Source: an uncultured Deferribacteres bacterium (GTDB taxonomy: Bacteria; Zhuqueibacterota; Zhuqueibacteria; Zhuqueibacterales; Geothermadaptataceae). Taken from it: 23,920 bases of DNA. The stretch covers positions 1-23,920 of the forward strand of contig CAXHAT010000126.1 of the NCBI GenBank assembly GCA_964014485.1. Reading direction: 5' to 3'. Under the pieces are notes generated by a model. That model ran no database searches. It had not been told where the DNA came from and saw nothing but the letters and a program-made list of their open reading frames with translations. A program made the translations under genes and the position numbers. Numbering within the stretch: position 1 is the first letter of the stretch; each line of letters begins with the position of its first letter. This document shows, in pieces, positions 8,458-16,702 of this stretch.

Positions 8458-8484
8458 AGATTGCGGAAACCTGGTAGTGCGACA

Positions 8485-9963
8485 ATGAAAACCTTAAGTT
8501 CGTTCAGTTCTGCAACGCCAAACCTGAAATCGCCAGATCATAGTATCGAATTTTCACCGTTTTTTTCGCCCCGACAATTGCTGGAAGGAGGCCAAGAGTC
8601 GCCCGAAAAGCTCGATCTTGAAAACCAAATCGAAATCGTCGCCGCGCAACTCCGCGCGCATAGCTTCGAACGAACTGATCGCATCGCTTTGGCCTTGGAA
8701 AACTCGATTGAATATGCAGTCTTGATCATGGCGATGCTGAGAGAAGACCTCGTTGCCGTTCTGGTGAACAACCGCTTTCCGCCGGCGCAAATCACAAAAC
8801 TTGTAGGGCGACTCAATTGCAAAGCAATCATTTCAAACGACTTTTCCCTTCCCAACGGCGCTGTGAATGCACCGCCAATTTTCCAAGCAAATCGTTTTTT
8901 TCGTCCTTTACACAAAGCAAGCAAGGCCAGCGTGCCGCCTCCGAAAATACCGCTTGACCAAGATGCTACGATCATCTTCACCTCCGGCAGTTCCGGAACG
9001 CCGAAGGCCGTGCTTCATACTTTTGGCAATCATTATTTCAGCGCTCTCGGCGCTAACCAAAACATTCCGTTTGGCCCTGGAGATCGTTGGCTTGCTTCTT
9101 TGCCGTTCTATCATGTCGGCGGCCTATCGATCATTTTTCGTGCGATGTTAGGCGGCGGTGCGGCGGTTATTCCTGAGGGAAAAATCGATCTCGCCGAAAC
9201 GGTCAGACAGCATGAAATTACGCACCTTTCCCTTGTCCCTACCCAGCTCTATCGCCTACTAAAAAGCGGGAAAACGTTTCCTTCTCTAAAAGCCGTTCTG
9301 CTTGGCGGAGCGCCCGCGCCACATGAACTCGTTCAGAAAGCTCTCGATTCAAATTTGCCGATTTTTACCACCTACGGTTCCACCGAGATGGCTTCGCAAA
9401 TTACGTGTTCTTCGCCAAAGGACGGATTGGTCGCCTTGGCGAACACGTCAGGGCGGCTCCTGCCCTACCGCAAAATGAAAATCGCGAATGACGGAGAAAT
9501 TCTCGTGAAAGGCGAGACCTTGTTTAAGGACTACTTGAACCGAGAAGGCAAACCCGACACTCCAACTGACAGAGACGGCTGGTTTCACACCGGCGACATT
9601 GGCGAGATAGACACGAACGGATGTTTGAGCATTTTAGGCAGGAAGGACAACATGTTCATCTCCGGCGGAGAAAATATCCACCCGGAAGAAATTGAAAATA
9701 CGCTCCACTTGCTGGACGAGATAGAACAATCCGTCGTGGCTCCGATTAGTGACGCGGAATTCGGCAAGAGGCCGGTTGCATTCGTGAGATGGGCGGAGGG
9801 AAAACAAATGCGTCCGGAAGAAATTCGAGCGTTTCTTGCCTCAAAATTGGCGCGGTACAAAATCCCGATAAAATTTCTCCCTTGGCCGAAAGGCTTGGCA
9901 ACAAACGGTCTTAAAATAGCCCGAGATTCGTTTGCACCAGTCATAGAGAAGATTAAAACCTGA
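8485..9963 (+). CDS. menE: o-succinylbenzoate--CoA ligase (AMP-binding enzyme)
   Basis: FTSGSSGTPKAV, W..SLPFYHVGG, SLVPTQL.RLL, TYGSTEMASQ, TGDIG, GRKDNMFISGGENIHPEEIE; start uncertain. Confidence 0.88.
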   Translation: MKTLSSFSSATPNLKSPDHSIEFSPFFSPRQLLEGGQESPEKLDLENQIEIVAAQLRAHSFERTDRIALALENSIEYAVLIMAMLREDLVAVLVNNRFPPAQITKLVGRLNCKAIISNDFSLPNGAVNAPPIFQANRFFRPLHKASKASVPPPKIPLDQDATIIFTSGSSGTPKAVLHTFGNHYFSALGANQNIPFGPGDRWLASLPFYHVGGLSIIFRAMLGGGAAVIPEGKIDLAETVRQHEITHLSLVPTQLYRLLKSGKTFPSLKAVLLGGAPAPHELVQKALDSNLPIFTTYGSTEMASQITCSSPKDGLVALANTSGRLLPYRKMKIANDGEILVKGETLFKDYLNREGKPDTPTDRDGWFHTGDIGEIDTNGCLSILGRKDNMFISGGENIHPEEIENTLHLLDEIEQSVVAPISDAEFGKRPVAFVRWAEGKQMRPEEIRAFLASKLARYKIPIKFLPWPKGLATNGLKIARDSFAPVIEKIKT

Positions 9964-10005
9964 TTCCCGCCGTACATGTCGAGCTAGTTGGCATATTATT
10001 CCGCC

Positions 10006-10623
10006 TCATTCCAAATTCTTGCGAAAGAAACTCCATGTTTCAACGCCAGGGGCGATCTTTGCCTGCCCCGTAATTTCGTAACCAAAATATTCGTAGAGTG
10101 AAACGTTCTTCTGGTTTTCCGTGCTCAACGAGACGCCCGTCGAGTTGGGGTGCTCCTCCGATTTTTCATGCACTGCGTCGAGAAGCATTCTTGCGAGACC
10201 TTTACCATGATGCTCGCGCCGAACGCCAATCATGTTGAGATGAAGATGCGGCTGTATAATCGGCGTTTCGCTCCACGCTTTGCCGAACGATTCGTAGCGT
10301 TTGCGTGCATCCACGCCAAGGTTATGCCAGACGCGCTCACGATGTTCCAGCAACTCCGGCGGCGCTGAAGATTCATCCGGACGGCTCATCGTCGCTGCGG
10401 CGATCAACGTGTTTTCATCTAAAACGCCAAGCAAAGGCCCTTGATGATAAACTCTCGCCATAACAAAAAACTCGATCAGAGTGTGCAAGCATTGATCATA
10501 ATCTTCCACCGCCGGGCCGACGACATGACGCATGACCGGGTAATCATAAAACGCATCGCAAAAAACGTCGACTATTTTGTCGACATGTGACTTGTCTAAT
10601 TCCTTTACGATCAGTGAACTCAT
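10006..10623 (-). CDS. GNAT family N-acetyltransferase
   Basis: LHLNMIGVRREHHGKGLARMLL (motif A) and STENQKNVSLYEYFGY (motif B). Confidence 0.88.
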   Translation of the reverse strand: MSSLIVKELDKSHVDKIVDVFCDAFYDYPVMRHVVGPAVEDYDQCLHTLIEFFVMARVYHQGPLLGVLDENTLIAAATMSRPDESSAPPELLEHRERVWHNLGVDARKRYESFGKAWSETPIIQPHLHLNMIGVRREHHGKGLARMLLDAVHEKSEEHPNSTGVSLSTENQKNVSLYEYFGYEITGQAKIAPGVETWSFFRKNLE

Positions 10624-10656
10624 AATTTCGTTCTCAACTAATCAACTCATGTTACA

Positions 10657-10719
10657 CACCGGCGCCGTAGCCGGAGCAAAGAGACGAATACGACATCCGC
10701 GTGAAATTTATTGTTATGC
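10657..10719 (-). other. Truncated attC-like integron recombination site
   Basis: Minus strand GCATAAC (RYYYAAC), AATAA, ATTTCACGCGGATGTCGTA...TACGGCGCCGGTG imperfect stem; L'/R' end missing. Confidence 0.5.
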
Positions 10720-10750
10720 GCTACTCGATGATTTTGTATATACGCTGAAG

Positions 10751-11047
10751 TTATCGAGTATGGTCTTCAATCTCATCATAAGCTTGCACGGATATTCGCT
10801 TCCCTAACTTTCTCATTTCTTCCATTTCTTCCGGGTTTGTATTTCCCCAGAATTTCTCCCAGGACTCTATAGAATCCCACTTAGCAACAGTCCATATATC
10901 TGATTCGCTTTCACATGCTCGCAGCATAAAACTACCCAGTGCGCCCGGGACAGACTCGTGGATTCGATTCGTTGTAGCGCGCCAAATTTCTTTGAACGCT
11001 TCGAAATTTTCCGGTTCAACTTTCCAGCGATAAATCACTCTAATCAC
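10751..11047 (-). CDS. Antibiotic biosynthesis monooxygenase (ABM)-family protein
   Basis: 98 aa, IRVIYRWKVEP....AF...W, VPGALGS.MLR, TVAKWDS.ESW pattern of a dimeric alpha/beta barrel; GTG start. Confidence 0.72.
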   Translation of the reverse strand: MIRVIYRWKVEPENFEAFKEIWRATTNRIHESVPGALGSFMLRACESESDIWTVAKWDSIESWEKFWGNTNPEEMEEMRKLGKRISVQAYDEIEDHTR

Positions 11048-11117
11048 AATTCATTCCAGGACTTATGCTTTGTTCGCTATCACTTCATCCCACATAACTT
11101 CCCAAATAAGCCGCTGA

Positions 11118-13004
11118 TCATTGACCAGTTTTCACTGAATCGATTCGCGCGAGAAAAGAGCGCGCTGGAGCGAATCCCGGGCGACTTTGCAATATCTGCT
11201 TTAGCGTTTGCTCGGAACTGTTGTAATCTTTCAGATCAAAGTAGAACCCAGCCAAGTAGAAAAGTGCGTTTAATTTCTCGCCCTCATCCATGCCGGTGTA
11301 TTGCAGAGCCGAGGTCATCGTGTTCACAGCGTCTTGCAGACGATTCTGTTTCCATTGGCTCAAGGCGATTTGGTAGAGCGTCGCGCCCTTACCTTCTGAG
11401 TACTGCAACTCCAGCCTCAAGTATTTCTCGCGCAAATCCCAGCGACCGATTTTTTGGTACAAATTTGCAATTCGATTGTAGGGCGCCGGATTTTCTGGTT
11501 GGTTGATGACAACCGCAAAATATTCCTGCAGCGCTTTTTCCGGTGCGTCCTGCTTTTCATAAATTTCAGCAAGCTCGAAATGCGCTCCCGCCCAATTTTG
11601 CGTTTGAAAGACAAATTTATTGGCGAGTTCCAGAGAATGCGCATCGCCGCGTCCCGGGTAATCTTTAAACGTCACCGGGTTTTCTTCAAACGGCCAACGA
11701 TTGACCATTTCAAAAATTTTCAACAATCCCATGTCCCAATCAAGATCGGTGACAAAGTACGGCGACGAGCTCAGTCGAAACTTGGGATCGTGGTTTTGCA
11801 ACAATTTCTGCCGACTCATTTCGAAGAAAAACATTACCGCCATCAGGTAGTAACCGTTCGGGTTCGGGTGCAAATGGTCAACCATCAGATTGTCGCCGAT
11901 CAATTGCTGCGGCGACTGTTTTTCGAACGCGGTTTTCATATCGACGAGCGGGAAATCGGCTTCGCGAGCCATTTGTTCTATGATGCGGTTGAATTCCTCC
12001 GTCGCTCGGAATCGCACGCCGTCGCGATCTTTGGCGGCATAGAATTTTTCATAGGCGCTCGCGGAATCCCCAGCGGTCAGCGCGGCTTTTGCCAGGCCAA
12101 AATAACTTTGGGCGCTGCCCGTCTCTCCCGCATTTCCTTTTTCGAACGGTGAATGGTCACGAATATTCGCCGCGAGATTACTCAAAATAACTTGCGTTCC
12201 AGCATCTCGACACATTTGCAAAATGCTGCGCAGATTGTCTTCAAAAGTCTCTGCCGTCCGGCGATATTTTTCAGAGTCGAGCGCGATATTTTGGTCGCGC
12301 ACCATGCTTGCCATGAGCGAACGGCTCTCTTTTTCGCTGGCTGGAGCATCGTTTTCAAAACTGGAAAGTATTTTCTTAATCGCCTGAGCAAGGTGCAATT
12401 TCTGAGCTTTCAAATACAACCGCACGATGTTGTCGCCGCCGGGAATGGAGAGCGAAGAGCCGCCGCCGTAAGCGCCGTAAAATTCATTATGTCCCATGTA
12501 AAAAAGCAGCAAGTCCGGTTGTTGCGCCAAGACTTCCGGCAACAAATCGAGCACAGTGAAGCTATTGACAGCCGAAACTCCGAGGTTGATGACCTCAAAT
12601 TCGTAACCCGGCCAGGCTTGCTGCAGCATGTAGCGCAGTTGCTTTGGAAACGCGACATGCCCTTCAAAAGGAAAACCCGCCGTTGTGGAGCCGCCGAGGC
12701 AAAATACGCGAAAAGTTTTGAGTGATTTTTCAAGAGAAAAGGTTTGTGGTATTGCGGCGGGTACAAAACTTTGCGTTGGATTAAAATAACGCCGTCCGAC
12801 ATGCTGGTTGACTTTAAGAACAGGGCGGTCGTCGACGACGCTTTTCACGAAGAGTGGTTCTTGCTCGAAATTTCCGGTTAAATGCAGCGCGCCTTCCAGG
12901 ATCAGGAGGGAAATCAACGGCAGTGCAAGCATAGCCAGCGTGAAGTATCTGCTGCGTTTTTTCGGCGTGGCTGTGCTCTCTTTTTTACGAGATTTTCGCG
13001 TCAT
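11118..13004 (-). CDS. Membrane-anchored SGNH/GDSL hydrolase with C-terminal TPR repeats
   Basis: N-terminal TM helix, CLGGSTTAG (block I), INLG, YMGHNEF (block III), DHLHPN..GY (block V), helical TPR-like C-terminus. Confidence 0.82.
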   Translation of the reverse strand: MTRKSRKKESTATPKKRSRYFTLAMLALPLISLLILEGALHLTGNFEQEPLFVKSVVDDRPVLKVNQHVGRRYFNPTQSFVPAAIPQTFSLEKSLKTFRVFCLGGSTTAGFPFEGHVAFPKQLRYMLQQAWPGYEFEVINLGVSAVNSFTVLDLLPEVLAQQPDLLLFYMGHNEFYGAYGGGSSLSIPGGDNIVRLYLKAQKLHLAQAIKKILSSFENDAPASEKESRSLMASMVRDQNIALDSEKYRRTAETFEDNLRSILQMCRDAGTQVILSNLAANIRDHSPFEKGNAGETGSAQSYFGLAKAALTAGDSASAYEKFYAAKDRDGVRFRATEEFNRIIEQMAREADFPLVDMKTAFEKQSPQQLIGDNLMVDHLHPNPNGYYLMAVMFFFEMSRQKLLQNHDPKFRLSSSPYFVTDLDWDMGLLKIFEMVNRWPFEENPVTFKDYPGRGDAHSLELANKFVFQTQNWAGAHFELAEIYEKQDAPEKALQEYFAVVINQPENPAPYNRIANLYQKIGRWDLREKYLRLELQYSEGKGATLYQIALSQWKQNRLQDAVNTMTSALQYTGMDEGEKLNALFYLAGFYFDLKDYNSSEQTLKQILQSRPGFAPARSFLARIDSVKTGQ

Positions 13005-13385
13005 TTAAATTATTTTTGAAAATCCGAATCCAGCCCAAACCGCCCCAAGCCCGAAAATTATGTGTAGAAAAATATAACTCAAAAAAGCCGCCGGTTGCCC
13101 GGAACGAATCAGGCTGAGCGATTCATAGCCAAAAGTGGAAAATGTGGTGAAGCCGCCAAGAAATCCTGCGATCAAAAGCAGCCTCAACTCTTCCGGGAGC
13201 AACTGTTTGCTCTCCGCAAGCCCGCCCATGAAGCCGATGAACAGGCAACCAATAACGTTAACCGCAAGCGTACCGTACGGGAAAAACTGCGCGGAGACGA
13301 TGATTCGGTTGACGGCTCCGGCGAGAAGGTAGCGCGAAACGGAACCCAGGAAACCGCCCGCGCCTACGATGAGAAGCTTGTTCAC
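13005..13385 (-). CDS. crcB: Fluoride channel Fluc/CrcB
   Basis: GGFLGSVSRY, FPYGTLAVNVIG, GFLGGFTTFSTF; 126 aa with 4 hydrophobic segments. Confidence 0.95.
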   Translation of the reverse strand: MNKLLIVGAGGFLGSVSRYLLAGAVNRIIVSAQFFPYGTLAVNVIGCLFIGFMGGLAESKQLLPEELRLLLIAGFLGGFTTFSTFGYESLSLIRSGQPAAFLSYIFLHIIFGLGAVWAGFGFSKII

Positions 13386-13391
13386 TTTCGC

Positions 13392-14495
13392 TCAACACCC
13401 TTCAATCGTTTCATCGGCAAGCATATCGACAACCGCCTTTAAATCATTGGTTTCCTGGAACTTTTGCAATTGTCTGTCGGCGCTGGTTCCGGTTTTGAGC
13501 AAGGTATGGATGTACTCAACATCTTTCCGCGTTCCAAGTTCGTCAACGACTGGATCGATAAATTCCAGCAGCTCCTCGAGCAGAAAACGCACCGGCACTT
13601 CTTCTTGTTTTCCGAGATCCAGGAGCTTGCCGTCCATGCCGTCTTTGACGGCGCGCCATTTGTTCTCGGCGATGAGGCCGGAGCGGTAAATTCGCCAGGT
13701 TTGGTTGCTTTTTCTCAGCACAAGCAGCTTTGCGACAAGCGCCTGAATGAGCGCCGCAATCGCCATGACTTCGTCGACGCGCGTGGTGCAATCACAAACG
13801 CGGAATTCCAGCGTCGGAAATTTCGGATGCGGCCGAATGTCCCACCAGATTTTTGTCGGTTCCTCCATGCAATTCATTTTGACCAAAGAATCTACGTAGC
13901 TGTCGTATTCGGCGGCGTCGGTGAAATACTCCGGCAAGCCCGTGCGCGGCAGGTCAGAAAAAACGACGCTACGATAGGATTTTAGCCCGGTGTTATTGCC
14001 GAGCCAAAACGGCGACGAAGTGGAAAGACAAAGAATGTGCGGCATGAAGTAGGTCATTTGGTTCATCAAATCGATGCGCAAATCGCGGTCGGGAATGCCG
14101 ACGTGAATGTGCATGCCAAAAATCAGCAGGCGCTTGGCGACATACTGCAAGTCCCTTACGATGCCATGATAACGCTCCTTGTCGGTGAGCATTTGATCTT
14201 GCCACTTTGAAAAAGGATGCGTGCCCGCCGCGACGATTTTGCGATCATTTTTCGCTGCGATTTCATAAACCATGCGCCTTAAGCGCGTCACTTCGCTGCG
14301 CGCTTCGGCGATATTGCGGCAAACGTGGCTACCGATTTCTATCTGGGATTGCAGCATTTCCGGCTTGACCTGATCGCGAAAAACCGTCGCCCCTTGCTCC
14401 ATAAATTCGCCGATGAACGAAGTCAATTCTCTCGTTTCAGGATCAATGATCTGATATTCTTCCTCAACCCCGATGGTTAAATCTTCGAATCTCAT
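13392..14495 (-). CDS. ybdK: Carboxylate-amine ligase YbdK (glutamate--cysteine ligase family 2)
   Basis: TIGVEEEYQIID, AAGTHPF, FGMHIHVG, SSPFW, WWDIRPHP.FPTLEFRVCD; AAGGAG RBS before the ATG at 14495. Confidence 0.9.
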   Translation of the reverse strand: MRFEDLTIGVEEEYQIIDPETRELTSFIGEFMEQGATVFRDQVKPEMLQSQIEIGSHVCRNIAEARSEVTRLRRMVYEIAAKNDRKIVAAGTHPFSKWQDQMLTDKERYHGIVRDLQYVAKRLLIFGMHIHVGIPDRDLRIDLMNQMTYFMPHILCLSTSSPFWLGNNTGLKSYRSVVFSDLPRTGLPEYFTDAAEYDSYVDSLVKMNCMEEPTKIWWDIRPHPKFPTLEFRVCDCTTRVDEVMAIAALIQALVAKLLVLRKSNQTWRIYRSGLIAENKWRAVKDGMDGKLLDLGKQEEVPVRFLLEELLEFIDPVVDELGTRKDVEYIHTLLKTGTSADRQLQKFQETNDLKAVVDMLADETIEGC

Positions 14496-14559
14496 TTTTT
14501 GCGCTCCTTGAAAGTGACGATCTGATTGCGTGAAATACTTTTCGTCCTGAAACAAGAGT

Positions 14560-14577
14560 GCGATGATTCATCATCGC
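14560..14577. repeat. Perfect 8-bp inverted repeat upstream of ybdK
   Basis: GCGATGAT-TC-ATCATCGC; function unknown. Confidence 0.4.
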
Positions 14578-14588
14578 CTGTTTTAAAA

Positions 14589-14750
14589 ACTGATGTTACG
14601 CGCCAGCTATGAAACCAAAGAAACTCCTGTTAAAGTCATTCCCGGGCAGGCGGGAATCCAGGGGCTGCGCACGATTGACTGGATTCCCCCCTGCGCGGGA
14701 ATGACCTAAAAGCGCCGTTTCGGAAATTTCCAAGAGTGCGTAACATCAGT
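14589..14750. mobile_element. MITE family B (~162 bp) enclosing a REP-like palindrome
   Basis: TIR ACTGATGTTACGC...GCGTAACATCAGT; TAAAA on both flanks (14584-14588, 14751-14755). Confidence 0.7.
14635..14705. repeat. GTCATTCCCG-type palindromic repeat (dRS3/RPE-like doublet)
   Basis: GTCATTCCCGGGCAGGCGGGAATCCAG ... CTGGATTCCCCCCTGCGCGGGAATGAC; long inverted repeat whose arms each contain an ATTCCC..GGGAAT hairpin. Confidence 0.8.
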
Positions 14751-14766
14751 TAAAATTCTATTTGAA

Positions 14767-14789
14767 CAAACGCTGAAGCGTTTGACTCC
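14767..14789. repeat. REP-like palindrome CAAACGCTGAAGCGTTTG-ACTCC
   Basis: 8-bp arms CAAACGCT/AGCGTTTG; partial second copy at 8442-8457. Confidence 0.5.
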
Positions 14790-14810
14790 GCCTTATCTTT
14801 GAATCAAATC

Positions 14811-15007
14811 CTCTCTACCTGACACTTTTTTGTAAACTGCATTTTCGAGCCGTCGAAAGGCCTCGTTTTGTCATTCAGAAGGAATCTTTGTTATCGCCCA
14901 GTATAGATCATGCTCAAAAGTTCAAGGGTTGGATCAAAAAAGATGCTTTCAGCATGACAATTCCGGCCTTTTTCGCCAGTTTTAAAAGTCTATACAAAAA
15001 GTGTCAG
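14811..15007 (-). mobile_element. MITE family A, copy 2 (inverted; outer part of left TIR missing)
   Basis: Reverse complement matches copy 1 with about 4 substitutions over ~197 bp (manual alignment). Confidence 0.88.
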
Positions 15008-15044
15008 ATCGGGAATGAAGTCATGACCAAAACGATTAGCCAGC

Positions 15045-16553
15045 CTATTTGTCTTTAGCTTCACGCACAATTTCTTTTGCTCGTTCGAACAAAGTCGGGG
15101 CGTGATAAGGGATGCCGTCCTTGATCGTCCAGACAATACCGCCCTTATCGCCGTTTTGTATGTCCATTGCTTCGTTAATTCCTTTGGGCATGAAAATCTG
15201 CAAGTTGTACAGCGGGTTGCCGTTCACCACGACCAGGTCGGCGAGAAAGCTGGTCTTCACACGTCCAATTTCGTGCTCCTTGCCCAAAACCTTGGCCCCG
15301 TTGTAGGTAGCGTGTTGAATAACTTCCAACGGATGGAAGCCCGCTTCTTCGTGCAATTGTAACTCGCGCAAGTAACCAAATCCGTAAAGTTGATAAATAA
15401 ATCCTGCGTCCTCGCCGGTCGTCACGACGCCGCCCAGTTCAGCGAAATCTTTCACCGCCTTCATCCAAATCTTGTAATTTTCACGCCAAAAAACCTCGTC
15501 CGTATTCGTCCAGCCGAAAAAGAACGATCCGTGATTTTCCGGGTTTGGCCTAAAAAAACGTTCAAGCGCAGGGTGCAGATAGTTTTCAAACCACGGCTGA
15601 TTGACCGCCCTCAGCAAATCGCGCGACGCTTCATAGATGCAAAGAGTCGGGTCCCATGCGACATTTTTATCCGCCAACTTTTTCAAAACTTTTTCGAGCT
15701 TTTTGGGATTTGCCTCGCGCCAGAGCCGTCCGGCGTAGCGGAACCGGTGCAATTCGTTAGCGTGGTTAAAATCGGGAGGAAATTGTTGTACCTCATCGAG
15801 CGCCGCGTCCGGTACGCCGTACCAATGCTCAATTGTCGACGTTCCGACATCTGCGTCGTCCCAGGCGTTGGCATCTTCCACGCCGACGTGGTGGGCGATT
15901 TTTAATTCTTGTTTGTTCGCCTCGTCCGCGACGATGAGAAACGTGTCGCGGTCTATCCCCCAGCATTTAATGCCGTCCGCGCCTTTCTTTTTTATATCCT
16001 GCACATAGGCTCGGATTTGTTCTTCGGAGCGTGCGCCGGAATAAAACGGATAAAGCAACAATCGCGGCGCGGCGATTTCATTTTTGGCGCTCTTTTCCTT
16101 TTCAGCCAAAGCTTTGGTAAAGTTGCTCCCCAAGTCGCGCGCCGTTGTAATGCCCGCCCCCAACCACAGTGAATATTGATATTCAAAAGGAAAAGAAATA
16201 CCCGCACGACTATCGTGCAAGTGGCTGTGCATATTGATAAATCCGGGCGTGACGTACATGTCCTTCGCGTCGATCACCGCGTCGGCGTCTTCGTAATAAC
16301 CGGCGTTTGTATTGTGGCGTGCAATGCGCGAGATGCGGTTTTCGTCGATGACAATGTCGTAGGGGCCTTCCGCCGGCGTCCCCACTCCGTCGATGACCAT
16401 GGCGCCGGAAACGATCAATTTCCCGACGCGTTTGCCGTGCTCCGGCGCTTTCGATTGCGCGGATAGTTGAACAGCGAGCAGAAACAAACACACCGCCAGA
16501 AAAAATGCTTTAACAAAGCCGCTCCGCCTCGAATTCGGTTCAATTGAATACAT
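15045..16553 (-). CDS. Secreted metal-dependent amidohydrolase
   Basis: Signal peptide, PGFINMHSH (HxH), GITTARDLG, GEDAG, AT.NGA..LG.....G......ADLVVVNGNPL; start uncertain. Confidence 0.85.
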   Translation of the reverse strand: MYSIEPNSRRSGFVKAFFLAVCLFLLAVQLSAQSKAPEHGKRVGKLIVSGAMVIDGVGTPAEGPYDIVIDENRISRIARHNTNAGYYEDADAVIDAKDMYVTPGFINMHSHLHDSRAGISFPFEYQYSLWLGAGITTARDLGSNFTKALAEKEKSAKNEIAAPRLLLYPFYSGARSEEQIRAYVQDIKKKGADGIKCWGIDRDTFLIVADEANKQELKIAHHVGVEDANAWDDADVGTSTIEHWYGVPDAALDEVQQFPPDFNHANELHRFRYAGRLWREANPKKLEKVLKKLADKNVAWDPTLCIYEASRDLLRAVNQPWFENYLHPALERFFRPNPENHGSFFFGWTNTDEVFWRENYKIWMKAVKDFAELGGVVTTGEDAGFIYQLYGFGYLRELQLHEEAGFHPLEVIQHATYNGAKVLGKEHEIGRVKTSFLADLVVVNGNPLYNLQIFMPKGINEAMDIQNGDKGGIVWTIKDGIPYHAPTLFERAKEIVREAKDK

Positions 16554-16660
16554 CAATTTTTCCTTTGATTGAAAGTCATTCCGCCTGATGACAAAAAAGA
16601 TAATTCCGGCCGGAAGGATTTCATAGAAAATAGTGGCGAGTGTTGCACCGCGCATCCAAT

Positions 16661-16693
16661 AACCCTGGCAGGGCTCAGAACTCTGTCAGGGTT
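16661..16693. repeat. AACCCTG(A/G)CAGGG-type palindrome, possible terminator or REP
   Basis: AACCCTGGCAGGG-CTCAGAA-CTCTGTCAGGGTT (11/13 complementary), about 10 nt after the DUF2851 stop. Confidence 0.55.
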
Positions 16694-16702
16694 AAGAATT
16701 GT

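Noticed and set aside
10697..10724. dif/Xer site (GTAGCGCATAA resembles the XerC arm)
   Set aside because: No XerD arm (TTATGTTAAAT) after a 6-nt spacer; the attC-like reading fits better.
6829..11047. Secondary-metabolite cluster (KS, AMP-ligase, GNAT, ABM)
   Set aside because: KS is a typical FabF and the ligase has MenE-specific motifs. There is no ACP or chain-length factor and the orientations are mixed.
11454..12725. Long plus-strand ORFs (232 and 190 aa) and similar antisense ORFs across the window
   Set aside because: Shadow frames opposite well-supported genes, with no recognisable motifs.
14520..14582. Fluoride riboswitch upstream of ybdK-crcB (minus strand begins GGCGATGATG)
   Set aside because: It lacks the following TTCGCC pairing strand and the 3' GCTRATGAC element; the sequence is simply a palindrome.
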